From assembly GCA_038242295.1 (NCBI GenBank), contig JBBSSG010000003.1, forward strand, positions 398 to 64,397: a DNA stretch of 64,000 nucleotides, given 5' to 3'. Within the stretch, counting starts at the first letter, position 1, and each line of letters begins with the position of its first letter. The stretch comes from Mycobacteriales bacterium (GTDB lineage: Bacteria; Actinomycetota; Actinomycetes; Mycobacteriales; Mycobacteriaceae). The translations under genes and the position numbers were made by a program. Below the pieces are notes generated by a model. It was not told the origin of the DNA. It ran no database searches and was given only the letters and a program-made list of their open reading frames with translations. Positions 1 through 8,006 of this stretch are shown in pieces.

Positions 1-237
1 GTGTTGGAATTCGACGGTCGGATCAAGTACGGCCGACTCGTCCCTGCGGGTAAATCTCCGTCGGATGTGGTGTGGGAGGAGAAGCGCCGCGAGGATCGGC
101 TTCGCTCCAGCGGACTGCAGGTAGTGCGATTGACCTGGGCGGACCTAGATCAGCCAGACCACATCGACCGGTTGATTCGTGCCGCTGCTGATCGCGCAGC
201 GAAGTCGCCACCGCCGACGGCCACAATCCTCCACTGA
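1..237 (+). CDS. 3' end of an AbiEi-like/DUF559 (very-short-patch endonuclease-like) protein, truncated by the window edge
   Basis: EFDGRIKY...EKRREDRLR..G..VVRLTWADL is the typical C-terminal signature of actinobacterial AbiEi/DUF559-type proteins; the frame is open from position 1. Confidence 0.65.
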   Translation: MLEFDGRIKYGRLVPAGKSPSDVVWEEKRREDRLRSSGLQVVRLTWADLDQPDHIDRLIRAAADRAAKSPPPTATILH

Positions 238-462
238 CCTCGCACCACTTTTCCTAACCTGCCCACCCAATTCACCTCCGAACAGAGGTCCGTACCCCAC
301 AAAAACAGTGCGAACTCCGTCCCGAGCACCCGACCCCCGCCGCTCAACGCCCACACGCGCCGGCCACCGTTCTCCACTGACCTCGCACCAGTTTTCCCAA
401 CCTGCCCACCCAATTCACCTCCGAGCAGCGGTCCGCACCCCACAAAAACAGTGCGAACCCTG
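219..462. repeat. Two imperfect direct repeats, about 100 bp conserved, 143 bp period
   Basis: CCACTGACCTCGCACCA.TTTTCC.AACCTGCCCACCCAATTCACCTCCGA.CAG.GGTCCG.ACCCCACAAAAACAGTGCGAAC starts at 231 and again at 374. Confidence 0.9.
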
Positions 463-490
463 CCCCGACCCCCTACCCACGCACCACCAA

Positions 491-2410
491 TCAGCGCGGT
501 TCAGGTCTCCAAAGTTCGAGTTTCGGAATCCCCGGGGGCGTGAAGCCGAGGACCTGGCCGTAGAACGACAGCTCCGACTCCCGGGCGTTCACCTGGGTTT
601 CGAGTTTTCTGAAACCGTGGGACTCGCCCTCGTATGCCAGGTACGCGTGCGGAATACCCTTGCGTACGAGGGCGTCACGGAATCGCTCTGCTTGCGACGG
701 CGGCACGATCGGATCCGACAGTCCTTGCAACAGCAGGACCGGGCAGGACAATCCGTCGACATTGTTGATCGGTGCGCGCGTGCGGTACAGCTCGATCGCC
801 TCCGGAAGGGGCCCGATCAATCCGTCGATATAGCGGGATTCGAAGTCGTGGGTCTCGGCGACGAACATCTCCAGCTCGGCGACACCGTAATAGGAAGCGC
901 CACAAGCAAATACGTCCGAGGATGTCAATGCCGCGAGTACCGTCCAGCCGCCGGCGGATCCACCTTCGATTGCAAGTCGCGCCGGATCCGCAAGGCCGTT
1001 GTCCGCGAGACCTCGAACTGCGGCAATCGTGTCTTCGACGTCGACGACGCCCCACTGCAGGCGGAGCCGGTTGCGGTACTCACGGCCGTATCCGCTCGAT
1101 CCGCCGTAATTGACATCGACGACGCCGATGCCTCGGCTGGTGAAGTAGGCGAACACTGGGTTGAGGGCGGGTGCGACATGAGCCGTCGGGCCGCCGTGAA
1201 CGAACGCCACGTACGGCGGCAGTTCACCGTCGAGGCCTCGATACTCGGGATTGCGCGGCGCGTAGACAATGGCATGCACTTCGCGATCGGGCCCTTGGAA
1301 AGTTTTCGGCTCGCCCTGTGGCAGGTAGTCGGCGTCGGGAACGATTTCGAGGCCCGATCGAATATCGGCAATCTCGCCCGTAGTGAGGTCGAGTAGCCGC
1401 AGTCCGCTCGGACTGTGCGCGCTTCCTGCTTTCAGCAACACCGACGAACCATTCCGTCCGCCGAACGAGATCGATGTGAGTCCGCCGGCGTCGACGTCCT
1501 CGAGTGAGCCGGCTACAGGATCGAGCACTCCGAGTGTGTCGGTTCCGAATGTCCGGACGGTCAGAAGTTTTCCGTCGTCGAGTATCGAGTACCAGCGAGC
1601 CCCGAGTTGCCATAACGGAGAACCGAAGTCGGCTTCGGCAGCATGCAGTGCCGACGCGGTGCCGTCCAGTGCGGCACGGTAGATATTCCACCATCCGGTT
1701 CGGTCACTGATGACGTACAGCGAGTTCTCGTCGGCCCACTCCGGCTGCAGTACCGATTCTTCGATGCCGCCCAATAGTGTTTCGCACGTACCGGTTTCGA
1801 GGTCTGCGACGCGCAGCTCGGTACCGTCCCAGGGCATCTGCGGGTGGTTCCACGCGATCCAGGCCAGCTTTCGGCCATCGGGCGACACACGCGGGTATGC
1901 AAGGAAATCCGAACCCGACACCAGCGAACGGATACTGCTCCCGTCGAGGCTGATCGCGCAAATGTCTCGACTGATCTCAGGACCGGTGTGGGTCTCGCGC
2001 ACCGCGAACACCTCGTCCCCGACGATCGACAACTCGCCATATCTGACCGCTCCGGCGACCTCGGGCTTGGGCGTCAACGGGGTCGGTGTCCTGCCGGGAC
2101 TGCAGATGTAGAGGCGTTGATCAGAAAATTCGGCGAATACGATTCGGCCGTCATCGGTCGCAGTCCACGCGCCGCCCCCGTACTCGTGGACCCGGGTGCG
2201 TGCGTTGTACGGCTCGGGCAGCAGCGTGCTCACTGCGCCGTTCTCGACCCGGCAGATGGTGGTTCGTCCGTCTTCGGTCGGCCGCATCTCCGACCACCAG
2301 ATCTCGTCGCCGACGAATCGTCCGCCTTCCACCGGATGCCCGCTGGCGGATAGATCCGCAGCGGAGATCGGCGACGGCCAGGACCCGAATGCAAGCGGAG
2401 TGCGGTTCAT
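491..2410 (-). CDS. S9 family (prolyl oligopeptidase/acylaminoacyl peptidase) serine peptidase
   Basis: N-terminal FGSWPSPI, HGGP, nucleophile GGSAGG, D-PIVP and ESHGF catalytic motifs; start set at ATG 2410 rather than the ORF-track start 2857. Confidence 0.92.
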   Translation of the reverse strand: MNRTPLAFGSWPSPISAADLSASGHPVEGGRFVGDEIWWSEMRPTEDGRTTICRVENGAVSTLLPEPYNARTRVHEYGGGAWTATDDGRIVFAEFSDQRLYICSPGRTPTPLTPKPEVAGAVRYGELSIVGDEVFAVRETHTGPEISRDICAISLDGSSIRSLVSGSDFLAYPRVSPDGRKLAWIAWNHPQMPWDGTELRVADLETGTCETLLGGIEESVLQPEWADENSLYVISDRTGWWNIYRAALDGTASALHAAEADFGSPLWQLGARWYSILDDGKLLTVRTFGTDTLGVLDPVAGSLEDVDAGGLTSISFGGRNGSSVLLKAGSAHSPSGLRLLDLTTGEIADIRSGLEIVPDADYLPQGEPKTFQGPDREVHAIVYAPRNPEYRGLDGELPPYVAFVHGGPTAHVAPALNPVFAYFTSRGIGVVDVNYGGSSGYGREYRNRLRLQWGVVDVEDTIAAVRGLADNGLADPARLAIEGGSAGGWTVLAALTSSDVFACGASYYGVAELEMFVAETHDFESRYIDGLIGPLPEAIELYRTRAPINNVDGLSCPVLLLQGLSDPIVPPSQAERFRDALVRKGIPHAYLAYEGESHGFRKLETQVNARESELSFYGQVLGFTPPGIPKLELWRPEPR

Positions 2411-2487
2411 TGCATCCAGGGTAAGCGAGTCGTTCAGGCGCGACGGCTTCCTTGGTCCGCTTTCGCGGCGGGTATGTGTCGGACGCC

Positions 2488-3195
2488 TCAGCCCACCGGC
2501 GTCAGGAGATCTGGTCCGTCGTTTCGGACACTGTTGACTGCCGTGCTCACCTCGTACGGCACCAGCCGAGGCTCGGGAATCGCCGCCAACATCTCTTGCA
2601 CGGACTCGAGCTTCGTCACCGCCGGATCGAGCCAACTGGAGCGCAGACTCTCGGGGATGATGACCGGGGAGCGATCGTGAATGTGCCCGAGCGAATCCGC
2701 TGCCGGTGCTGTCAAGACGGTCATCGACCACACCCAGCGATCCTCGTCGTCGTCGGATTTGGTGGGATCGCGCCACAGCTCGTACAGGCCAGCCATCGCG
2801 AGTACGCCGTCCGAGTGCAGGAAGTGCGGGACCTTCTGGCCCTCTCGTTTTTCCCACTCGTAATACCCGTCAGCAGGGACAATGCACCGCCTGCGGGCTG
2901 CGGCCCTCTTGAACGACGGCTTCTCGGTGATGGTCTCGGAACGCGCATTGATCATCCGGCTGCCGATCTTGGGATCCTTCGCCCACGACGGGATCAGGCC
3001 CCACCGCACCGAACGCAGCTGCCGGACGGCCCCGGCGTCCGGCGAGTCCTTCGGAGCGCGTTCGAGCACTGTCCGCACCGTCTGGGTGGGCGCCACGTTG
3101 TAGGCGGGTGAGATCTCCTCGCCGACTGTCTCGGCGATGTCGAACACCGCTCGTAGATCGCTATCGCTCTGGGTACTTGCATACCGTCCGCACAT
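2488..3195 (-). CDS. SOS response-associated peptidase (SRAP; YedK/HMCES-like abasic-site protection protein)
   Basis: Begins MCGRY (catalytic Cys2); YNVAPTQ, WGLIPSW, INARSET, GYYEW and IHDR motifs. Confidence 0.95.
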   Translation of the reverse strand: MCGRYASTQSDSDLRAVFDIAETVGEEISPAYNVAPTQTVRTVLERAPKDSPDAGAVRQLRSVRWGLIPSWAKDPKIGSRMINARSETITEKPSFKRAAARRRCIVPADGYYEWEKREGQKVPHFLHSDGVLAMAGLYELWRDPTKSDDDEDRWVWSMTVLTAPAADSLGHIHDRSPVIIPESLRSSWLDPAVTKLESVQEMLAAIPEPRLVPYEVSTAVNSVRNDGPDLLTPVG

Positions 3196-3201
3196 GCCTC
3201 G

Positions 3202-3223
3202 ATTGTCGCATCGACTGCCGACA
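3202..3223 (-). promoter_or_regulatory. PafBC-type (RecA-NDp) DNA-damage promoter of the SRAP gene, probably leaderless
   Basis: Minus strand TGTCGG-N10-GACAAT-N6-ATG; mycobacterial consensus is TGTCGG-N10-TANNNT, so one mismatch in the -10. Confidence 0.6.
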
Positions 3224-3282
3224 AGCGGCGCCTGTCCAATATCCCGTCGCGATCGTGATGATGCACCTGGCACGATAAGGGG

Positions 3283-4536
3283 GTGAACCATCCGGAGAGC
3301 TCGAATCACACGCGTAAACACCGCACTCTTTCGCAGTCGACCAAACTGCAGAATGTGCTGTACGAGATCCGCGGCCCGGTACACCAGCACGCGGCGCGGT
3401 TGGAGGCCGAAGGCCACCGGATCCTCAAGCTCAACATCGGACACCCGGCCCCCTTCGGCTTCGAGGCGCCCGACGTCATCGTCCGCGACATGATCGCAGC
3501 GTTGCCCTATGCGCAGGGTTACTCCGAATCGAAGGGCATCCTCTCGGCCAGGCGTGCGATCGTCACGCGTTACGAGCTGGAGCCAGGTTTCCCCGAACTC
3601 GACGTCGACGACATCTACCTGGGCAATGGCGTCTCCGAGCTCATCACGATGACGATGCAGGCCCTGCTCGACGACGGCGACGAGGTGCTGATTCCGGCGC
3701 CCGACTATCCGCTGTGGACCGCGATGACGACGCTCTCCGGCGGCAAGGCCGTGCACTATATGTGCGACGAGGAAAACGGGTGGAATCCTGATCTCGCGGA
3801 CATCGAATCGAAGATCACGCCCAAGACCGTCGCACTGTTGGTGATCAACCCGAACAATCCCACGGGTGCGGTGTATTCGAAGGAAGTACTGCAGGGCATC
3901 GTCGACCTAGCCCGCAAGCATCAGCTTCTGCTGCTCGCCGACGAGATCTACGACCGCATTCTCTACGACGACGCGCAACACACATCGTTGGCAAGCCTCG
4001 CCCCCGACCTGCTGTGCCTGACGTACAACGGGCTGTCGAAGGCGTACCGCGTGGCGGGGTACCGGGCCGGCTGGCTCGCAATCACCGGGCCGAAGGCACA
4101 CGCCGCTGGGTTCATCGAGGGCATCGACCTGCTCGCCTCGACACGGCTGTGCCCCAACGTCCCTGCACAGCACGCGATCCAGGTCGCGCTCGGCGGTTAC
4201 CAGAGCGTCAATGATCTGATCTTGCCCGGCGGGCGCCTGCTCGAGCAGCGGGACGTCGCCTGGGAGGCACTCAATGCGATTCCGGGTGTCTCGTGCGTCA
4301 AACCGCGAGGGGCTCTGTACGCGTTCCCACGCTTGGACCCCGAAGTACACCACATCCACGACGACGAAAAGTTGGTCCAGGATCTCCTTCTTCAGGAAAA
4401 GATCCTGGTCGTGCAGGGCACTGGCTTCAACTGGCCCGGTCACGATCATGTGCGCATCGTGACGCTGCCCTGGGCCCGCGATCTCGCCGTCGCCATCGAA
4501 CGCTTCGGCAACTTTCTGGCGTCGTACAAGCAATAG
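3283..4536 (+). CDS. alaA: PLP-dependent class I/II aminotransferase, alanine transaminase AlaA/AlaT type
   Basis: QSTKLQNVLYEIRGPV, LKLNIG, GNGVSELI, INPNNPTG, DEIY and GLSKAYRVAGYRAGW (PLP lysine). Confidence 0.88.
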   Translation: MNHPESSNHTRKHRTLSQSTKLQNVLYEIRGPVHQHAARLEAEGHRILKLNIGHPAPFGFEAPDVIVRDMIAALPYAQGYSESKGILSARRAIVTRYELEPGFPELDVDDIYLGNGVSELITMTMQALLDDGDEVLIPAPDYPLWTAMTTLSGGKAVHYMCDEENGWNPDLADIESKITPKTVALLVINPNNPTGAVYSKEVLQGIVDLARKHQLLLLADEIYDRILYDDAQHTSLASLAPDLLCLTYNGLSKAYRVAGYRAGWLAITGPKAHAAGFIEGIDLLASTRLCPNVPAQHAIQVALGGYQSVNDLILPGGRLLEQRDVAWEALNAIPGVSCVKPRGALYAFPRLDPEVHHIHDDEKLVQDLLLQEKILVVQGTGFNWPGHDHVRIVTLPWARDLAVAIERFGNFLASYKQ

Positions 4537-4689
4537 CTCTCGTTGCCGCTTCAGTCTGCGCGTACAGCCCAAGCGTGAGACGAAAGCAGGGAAAGTGATT
4601 GAAAGGTGACGTAAAAAACACTGCGGCCTCGCTACAATTTCGCCCAGAAGTCTGTAGATTGGCGAACGGCACCTAGTTGTGCCCGAGCA

Positions 4690-4760
4690 CTGGTCGTATC
4701 CCACCCCCCCGGGGACGATCAGGAAGGTGGCGGGGGACGCCCCCCTGCTCCCCGCCACCG
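4690..4760 (+). ncRNA. 6C RNA
   Basis: Two adjacent hairpins with C-run loops: TGGTCGTATCC-CACCCCCCC-GGGGACGATCA and GGTGGCGGGGG-ACGCCCCCCTG-CTCCCCGCCACC; candidate -10 TAGATT at 4655-4660. Confidence 0.8.
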
Positions 4761-4952
4761 AGCTCCCAAAACCCCACACTTGCGCGTCATAGACTTCGAA
4801 CAGCCGCTAGGCGTGCGCTGATCCCGTCCGTACCGCCACGCGAAGAACAGTAAGACGCAGTAGCCGCGCTCACACCACTCCGCTGATTTCGAGGTTCGGG
4901 GTGAGCCCGACGGAGTGTGCTCGCCGTCGAGAAGCCCCACTACTCTTGCAGC

Positions 4953-6221
4953 GTGGAATCACACGGTCATGGACACGGACACAGCAATACCCCCGCACCG
5001 CTCGGACCGATCGCAGCACGAATAGTCATTGGACTGCTCGTTGTCATCGGGATTGTCGTGATCGCAGGCGCGGTCGCACTGTGGCCGAACAAGCAGGATA
5101 TCGAGATCCCACTGCCATTCCAGACTTCCAGCGGCGAGGCCGTCAAAAGCGAAGCTGGGACCGTGATCTCGCAGGACATCGGTCCGTGTGGCAGCCCGTC
5201 GTCGGGACGCGTATTCACTGGACAACCCACACCGCCGGTCAACTCGGGATACGAGTGCCAGCGCAGCATCGTCGCCATCGGATCGGGTCCGAATGCCGGG
5301 ACGCGAACCCTGGTCGAGATCGCGCCGGGCCCAGGGCAGCCCGAACTCCGCACCGGCGAAAGCATCCGTCTCGTCCGGCAGACAGACCCGACCGGGACGA
5401 CGCAGTACTCGTTCAACGATTTTGCGCGCGGTTTGCCGCTGACCCTCATCGTCGGGGTGTTCGCCCTGGTGATCTGCATCGTCGCGAGATGGCGCGGGTT
5501 CCGGGCGTTGATCGGTTTGATCGTTGCGTTTGCTGTCCTCACAGTGTTCATGCTGCCTGCGCTCCTCGGCGGAGCACCGGCGATACCCGTCGCGCTGGTC
5601 GCGGGGTCGATCATTCTGTACGCCGTCCTCTACTTGGCGCACGGGGTCAACCTGCGGACGAGCTCGGCGCTGCTCGGCACATTGACGTCGATGGCGTTGG
5701 CAGCAGTGTTGTCCTACATAGCAATTCGCTTGACACATCTGACCGGCCTATCCGAGCAGCAGAACGCCGACGTGCAGGCCTACATTCAGCAGGTCAGCAT
5801 CACCGGTCTGCTGCTCGCGGGATTCATCATCGGCTCGCTCGGTGTGCTCAACGATGTCACCATCACGCAGGCCTCCACAGCGTTCGAGATCGCCTCCGCC
5901 GACGCGACCGCAACACGGAGACAGATCTTCTCCGCGTCGATGCGCGTCGGGCGGGATCATATTGCCAGCACGGTTTACACCCTCGTTCTCGCCTATGCCG
6001 GTGGCGCGCTGCCGTTGCTGTTGTTGTTCAGCGTCGCAGACAGTTCCATCCAGGACGTCCTGACGGGTGACGCGGTGGCGATCGAGATCGTCCGCTCCTC
6101 TGTCGGCGGTGTCGCGCTGGCGCTCTCGGTTCCGCTGACGACGGCTATTGCCGTATTGCTCGCCCGGCCCGGGGGCATCTGCATGCCTTCACCGAATAAG
6201 TCCGGCCTCAATTCCCGGTAA
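4953..6221 (+). CDS. YibE/F family membrane protein
   Basis: His-rich N-terminus (SHGHGHGH), multiple TM segments, IGSLGVLNDVTITQ and GRDHIASTVYTLVLAYAG signatures; start uncertain (4917 or 4953). Confidence 0.88.
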   Translation: MESHGHGHGHSNTPAPLGPIAARIVIGLLVVIGIVVIAGAVALWPNKQDIEIPLPFQTSSGEAVKSEAGTVISQDIGPCGSPSSGRVFTGQPTPPVNSGYECQRSIVAIGSGPNAGTRTLVEIAPGPGQPELRTGESIRLVRQTDPTGTTQYSFNDFARGLPLTLIVGVFALVICIVARWRGFRALIGLIVAFAVLTVFMLPALLGGAPAIPVALVAGSIILYAVLYLAHGVNLRTSSALLGTLTSMALAAVLSYIAIRLTHLTGLSEQQNADVQAYIQQVSITGLLLAGFIIGSLGVLNDVTITQASTAFEIASADATATRRQIFSASMRVGRDHIASTVYTLVLAYAGGALPLLLLFSVADSSIQDVLTGDAVAIEIVRSSVGGVALALSVPLTTAIAVLLARPGGICMPSPNKSGLNSR

Positions 6222-6236
6222 CGCAATGCGCTCCGC

Positions 6237-6284
6237 GCCCGTGTGTGCGTAGTAGGAGCCGGTACCTACTACGCACACACGGGC
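6237..6284. terminator. Perfect 20-bp-stem hairpin between convergent genes (bidirectional terminator or REP-like element)
   Basis: GCCCGTGTGTGCGTAGTAGG-N8-CCTACTACGCACACACGGGC. Confidence 0.75.
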
Positions 6285-6296
6285 GGCGAAGCCGCA

Positions 6297-7379
6297 CTAC
6301 GCAAACGCAGCCGCCACAGTCTCGGACAGCAATTCGCCCGCGTGCGTACTGAGTCCGTTCTTCAGGCCGGAATCAGCTGCGCACGCGGCCTCCCAACCTT
6401 TGTCTGCGAGCGCGACGACATACGGCAACGTGGCATTGGTGAGCGCGTAAGTGGACGTTCGCGGGACGGCGCCCGGCATGTTGGCCACGCAGTAGAAGAC
6501 CGACTCGTGCACTCTGAAGGTCGGATCGGCATGCGTCGTGGGCACGGAATCCTCGAAGCAACCACCCTGGTCGATTGCGATGTCGACCAGAACTGATCCG
6601 GGCTTCATTCGCTGAACAAGACTGTTGGTGACGAGAGTGGGAGCCTTCGAGCCCGGGACCAGGACGGCACCGATGACCATGTCGGCGGCAAGCACGGCGT
6701 GCTCTAGTTCGAAGGCATTGGACATGACGGTCCGCACGGTGCCCTGGTACTGATCATCGATCGCACGGAGAGCTTTGATGTCGAGGTCCAGGACTGTGAC
6801 ATCGGCACGCATCCCATGCGCGATGGCGACAGCATTGCGGCCCGCTACTCCAGCGCCGATGACGACGACGTTGGCTGGACGCACTCCGGGGACACCGCCC
6901 ATCAGCACTCCGACGCCTCCGCCGCTGGCCATCAAGTGGTAAGAGCCCGCCTGCGGCGCCAGGCGTCCGGCGACTTCACTCATGGGCGCGAGGAGCGGCA
7001 ACGATCCGCCCCGACCGGTGACTGTCTCGTAGGCGATGGAGGTGATCCCCGACGCGAGCAGCGCATCGGTGCACGCCTTCGAGGCTGCGAGGTGCAGAAA
7101 GGTGAACAGAACCTGCTCACGACGCAGCCGCGAGTACTCCTCGGCGATGGGTTCCTTCACCTTGAGAAGGAGATCGGCAGCAGCCCAGACGTCGTCGGCC
7201 GAGGCGAAGATCTGTGCGCCTGCCGCTTTGAAATCGGTATCCGAGAACGATGAGCCTGCGCCCGCCTCGGTCTCGATGAGTACTTCGTGTTTATGCGAAA
7301 CCAGTTCGTGTACGCCTGCCGGGGTAATAGCCACCCTGTACTCGTGGTTCTTGATTTCGCGCGAGATTCCGATCTTCAT
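6297..7379 (-). CDS. ald: Alanine dehydrogenase
   Basis: MKIGISREIKNHEYRVAITP, KVKEP, LFTFLHLA, IGAGVAG, DIAIDQGGC and YCVANMPGAVP; alternative start at 7406. Confidence 0.97.
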   Translation of the reverse strand: MKIGISREIKNHEYRVAITPAGVHELVSHKHEVLIETEAGAGSSFSDTDFKAAGAQIFASADDVWAAADLLLKVKEPIAEEYSRLRREQVLFTFLHLAASKACTDALLASGITSIAYETVTGRGGSLPLLAPMSEVAGRLAPQAGSYHLMASGGGVGVLMGGVPGVRPANVVVIGAGVAGRNAVAIAHGMRADVTVLDLDIKALRAIDDQYQGTVRTVMSNAFELEHAVLAADMVIGAVLVPGSKAPTLVTNSLVQRMKPGSVLVDIAIDQGGCFEDSVPTTHADPTFRVHESVFYCVANMPGAVPRTSTYALTNATLPYVVALADKGWEAACAADSGLKNGLSTHAGELLSETVAAAFA

Positions 7380-7459
7380 AGCGGCGACCTCCACGGTCTT
7401 GGACATTCATTCGAATACGCCAACTATGAAATATGAAGAGTGAAAACAGCAATACTTGT

Positions 7460-7504
7460 GAATATAATTCGATAGGTTCAAGGAATGGACCTGGATAATT
7501 CGTC
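7460..7504. promoter_or_regulatory. Candidate AldR operators
   Basis: GAATATAATTC (7460-7470) and GATAATTCGTC (7494-7504) fit the mycobacterial AldR box GA-N2-WWW-N2-TC near the AT-rich divergent region. Confidence 0.45.
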
Positions 7505-8006
7505 TAAGGCTTCGCAGACAACCCATGTTTCGAACGATGTTCGCCGTCAACCGCTCGATAACATCGACCATATTCTGATCGACGAACTCAGGCGCGACGC
7601 CCGGTTGCCCAACAACGCGCTGGCGGCGTCCGCCGGAATCGCGCCCTCCACCGCGCTGGGGCGCGTGCGATCCCTCGTCGAGCGCGGCGTCATTCGAGGA
7701 TTCCACGCGGAAATAGATCCCGAGGCGCTCGGACAGGGCATTCAGGCGATGATCTCGGTCCGCCTGCAAGCCGACGCCCGACGACGAATCAGCGAATTCG
7801 GCAAGCAGATCGCCGCGCTCGAAGAAACACTCAACATTTATTTCATCGCCGGTGCCGATGACTTCCTCGTTCAGGTGGCAACCGTCGATACAAATGCACT
7901 ACGCAATTTCGTCGTCGACAACCTCAGCGCACACCCTGCCGTCGCGGCCACAGAGACGATCCTGATCTTCGAGCACATCAGACCGCGCAGCAGTCCCCGT
8001 CGTTAG
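7485..8006 (+). CDS. aldR: Lrp/AsnC family regulator, AldR
   Basis: LDNIDHILIDELRRDARLPN HTH and AsnC-type C-terminal domain; divergent from ald as in mycobacteria. Confidence 0.88.
   Translation: MDLDNSSKASQTTHVSNDVRRQPLDNIDHILIDELRRDARLPNNALAASAGIAPSTALGRVRSLVERGVIRGFHAEIDPEALGQGIQAMISVRLQADARRRISEFGKQIAALEETLNIYFIAGADDFLVQVATVDTNALRNFVVDNLSAHPAVAATETILIFEHIRPRSSPRR

Noticed and set aside
219-462. Possible CRISPR array
   Set aside because: Only two long units, no short repeat-spacer periodicity and no cas genes
179-1396. 405-aa plus-strand ORF
   Set aside because: Antisense to the S9 peptidase and runs through the repeat; no domain signal
2488-3756. 422-aa version of the SRAP ORF
   Set aside because: SRAP needs Cys at position 2; the extension overlaps alaA on the other strand and the promoter fits ATG 3195
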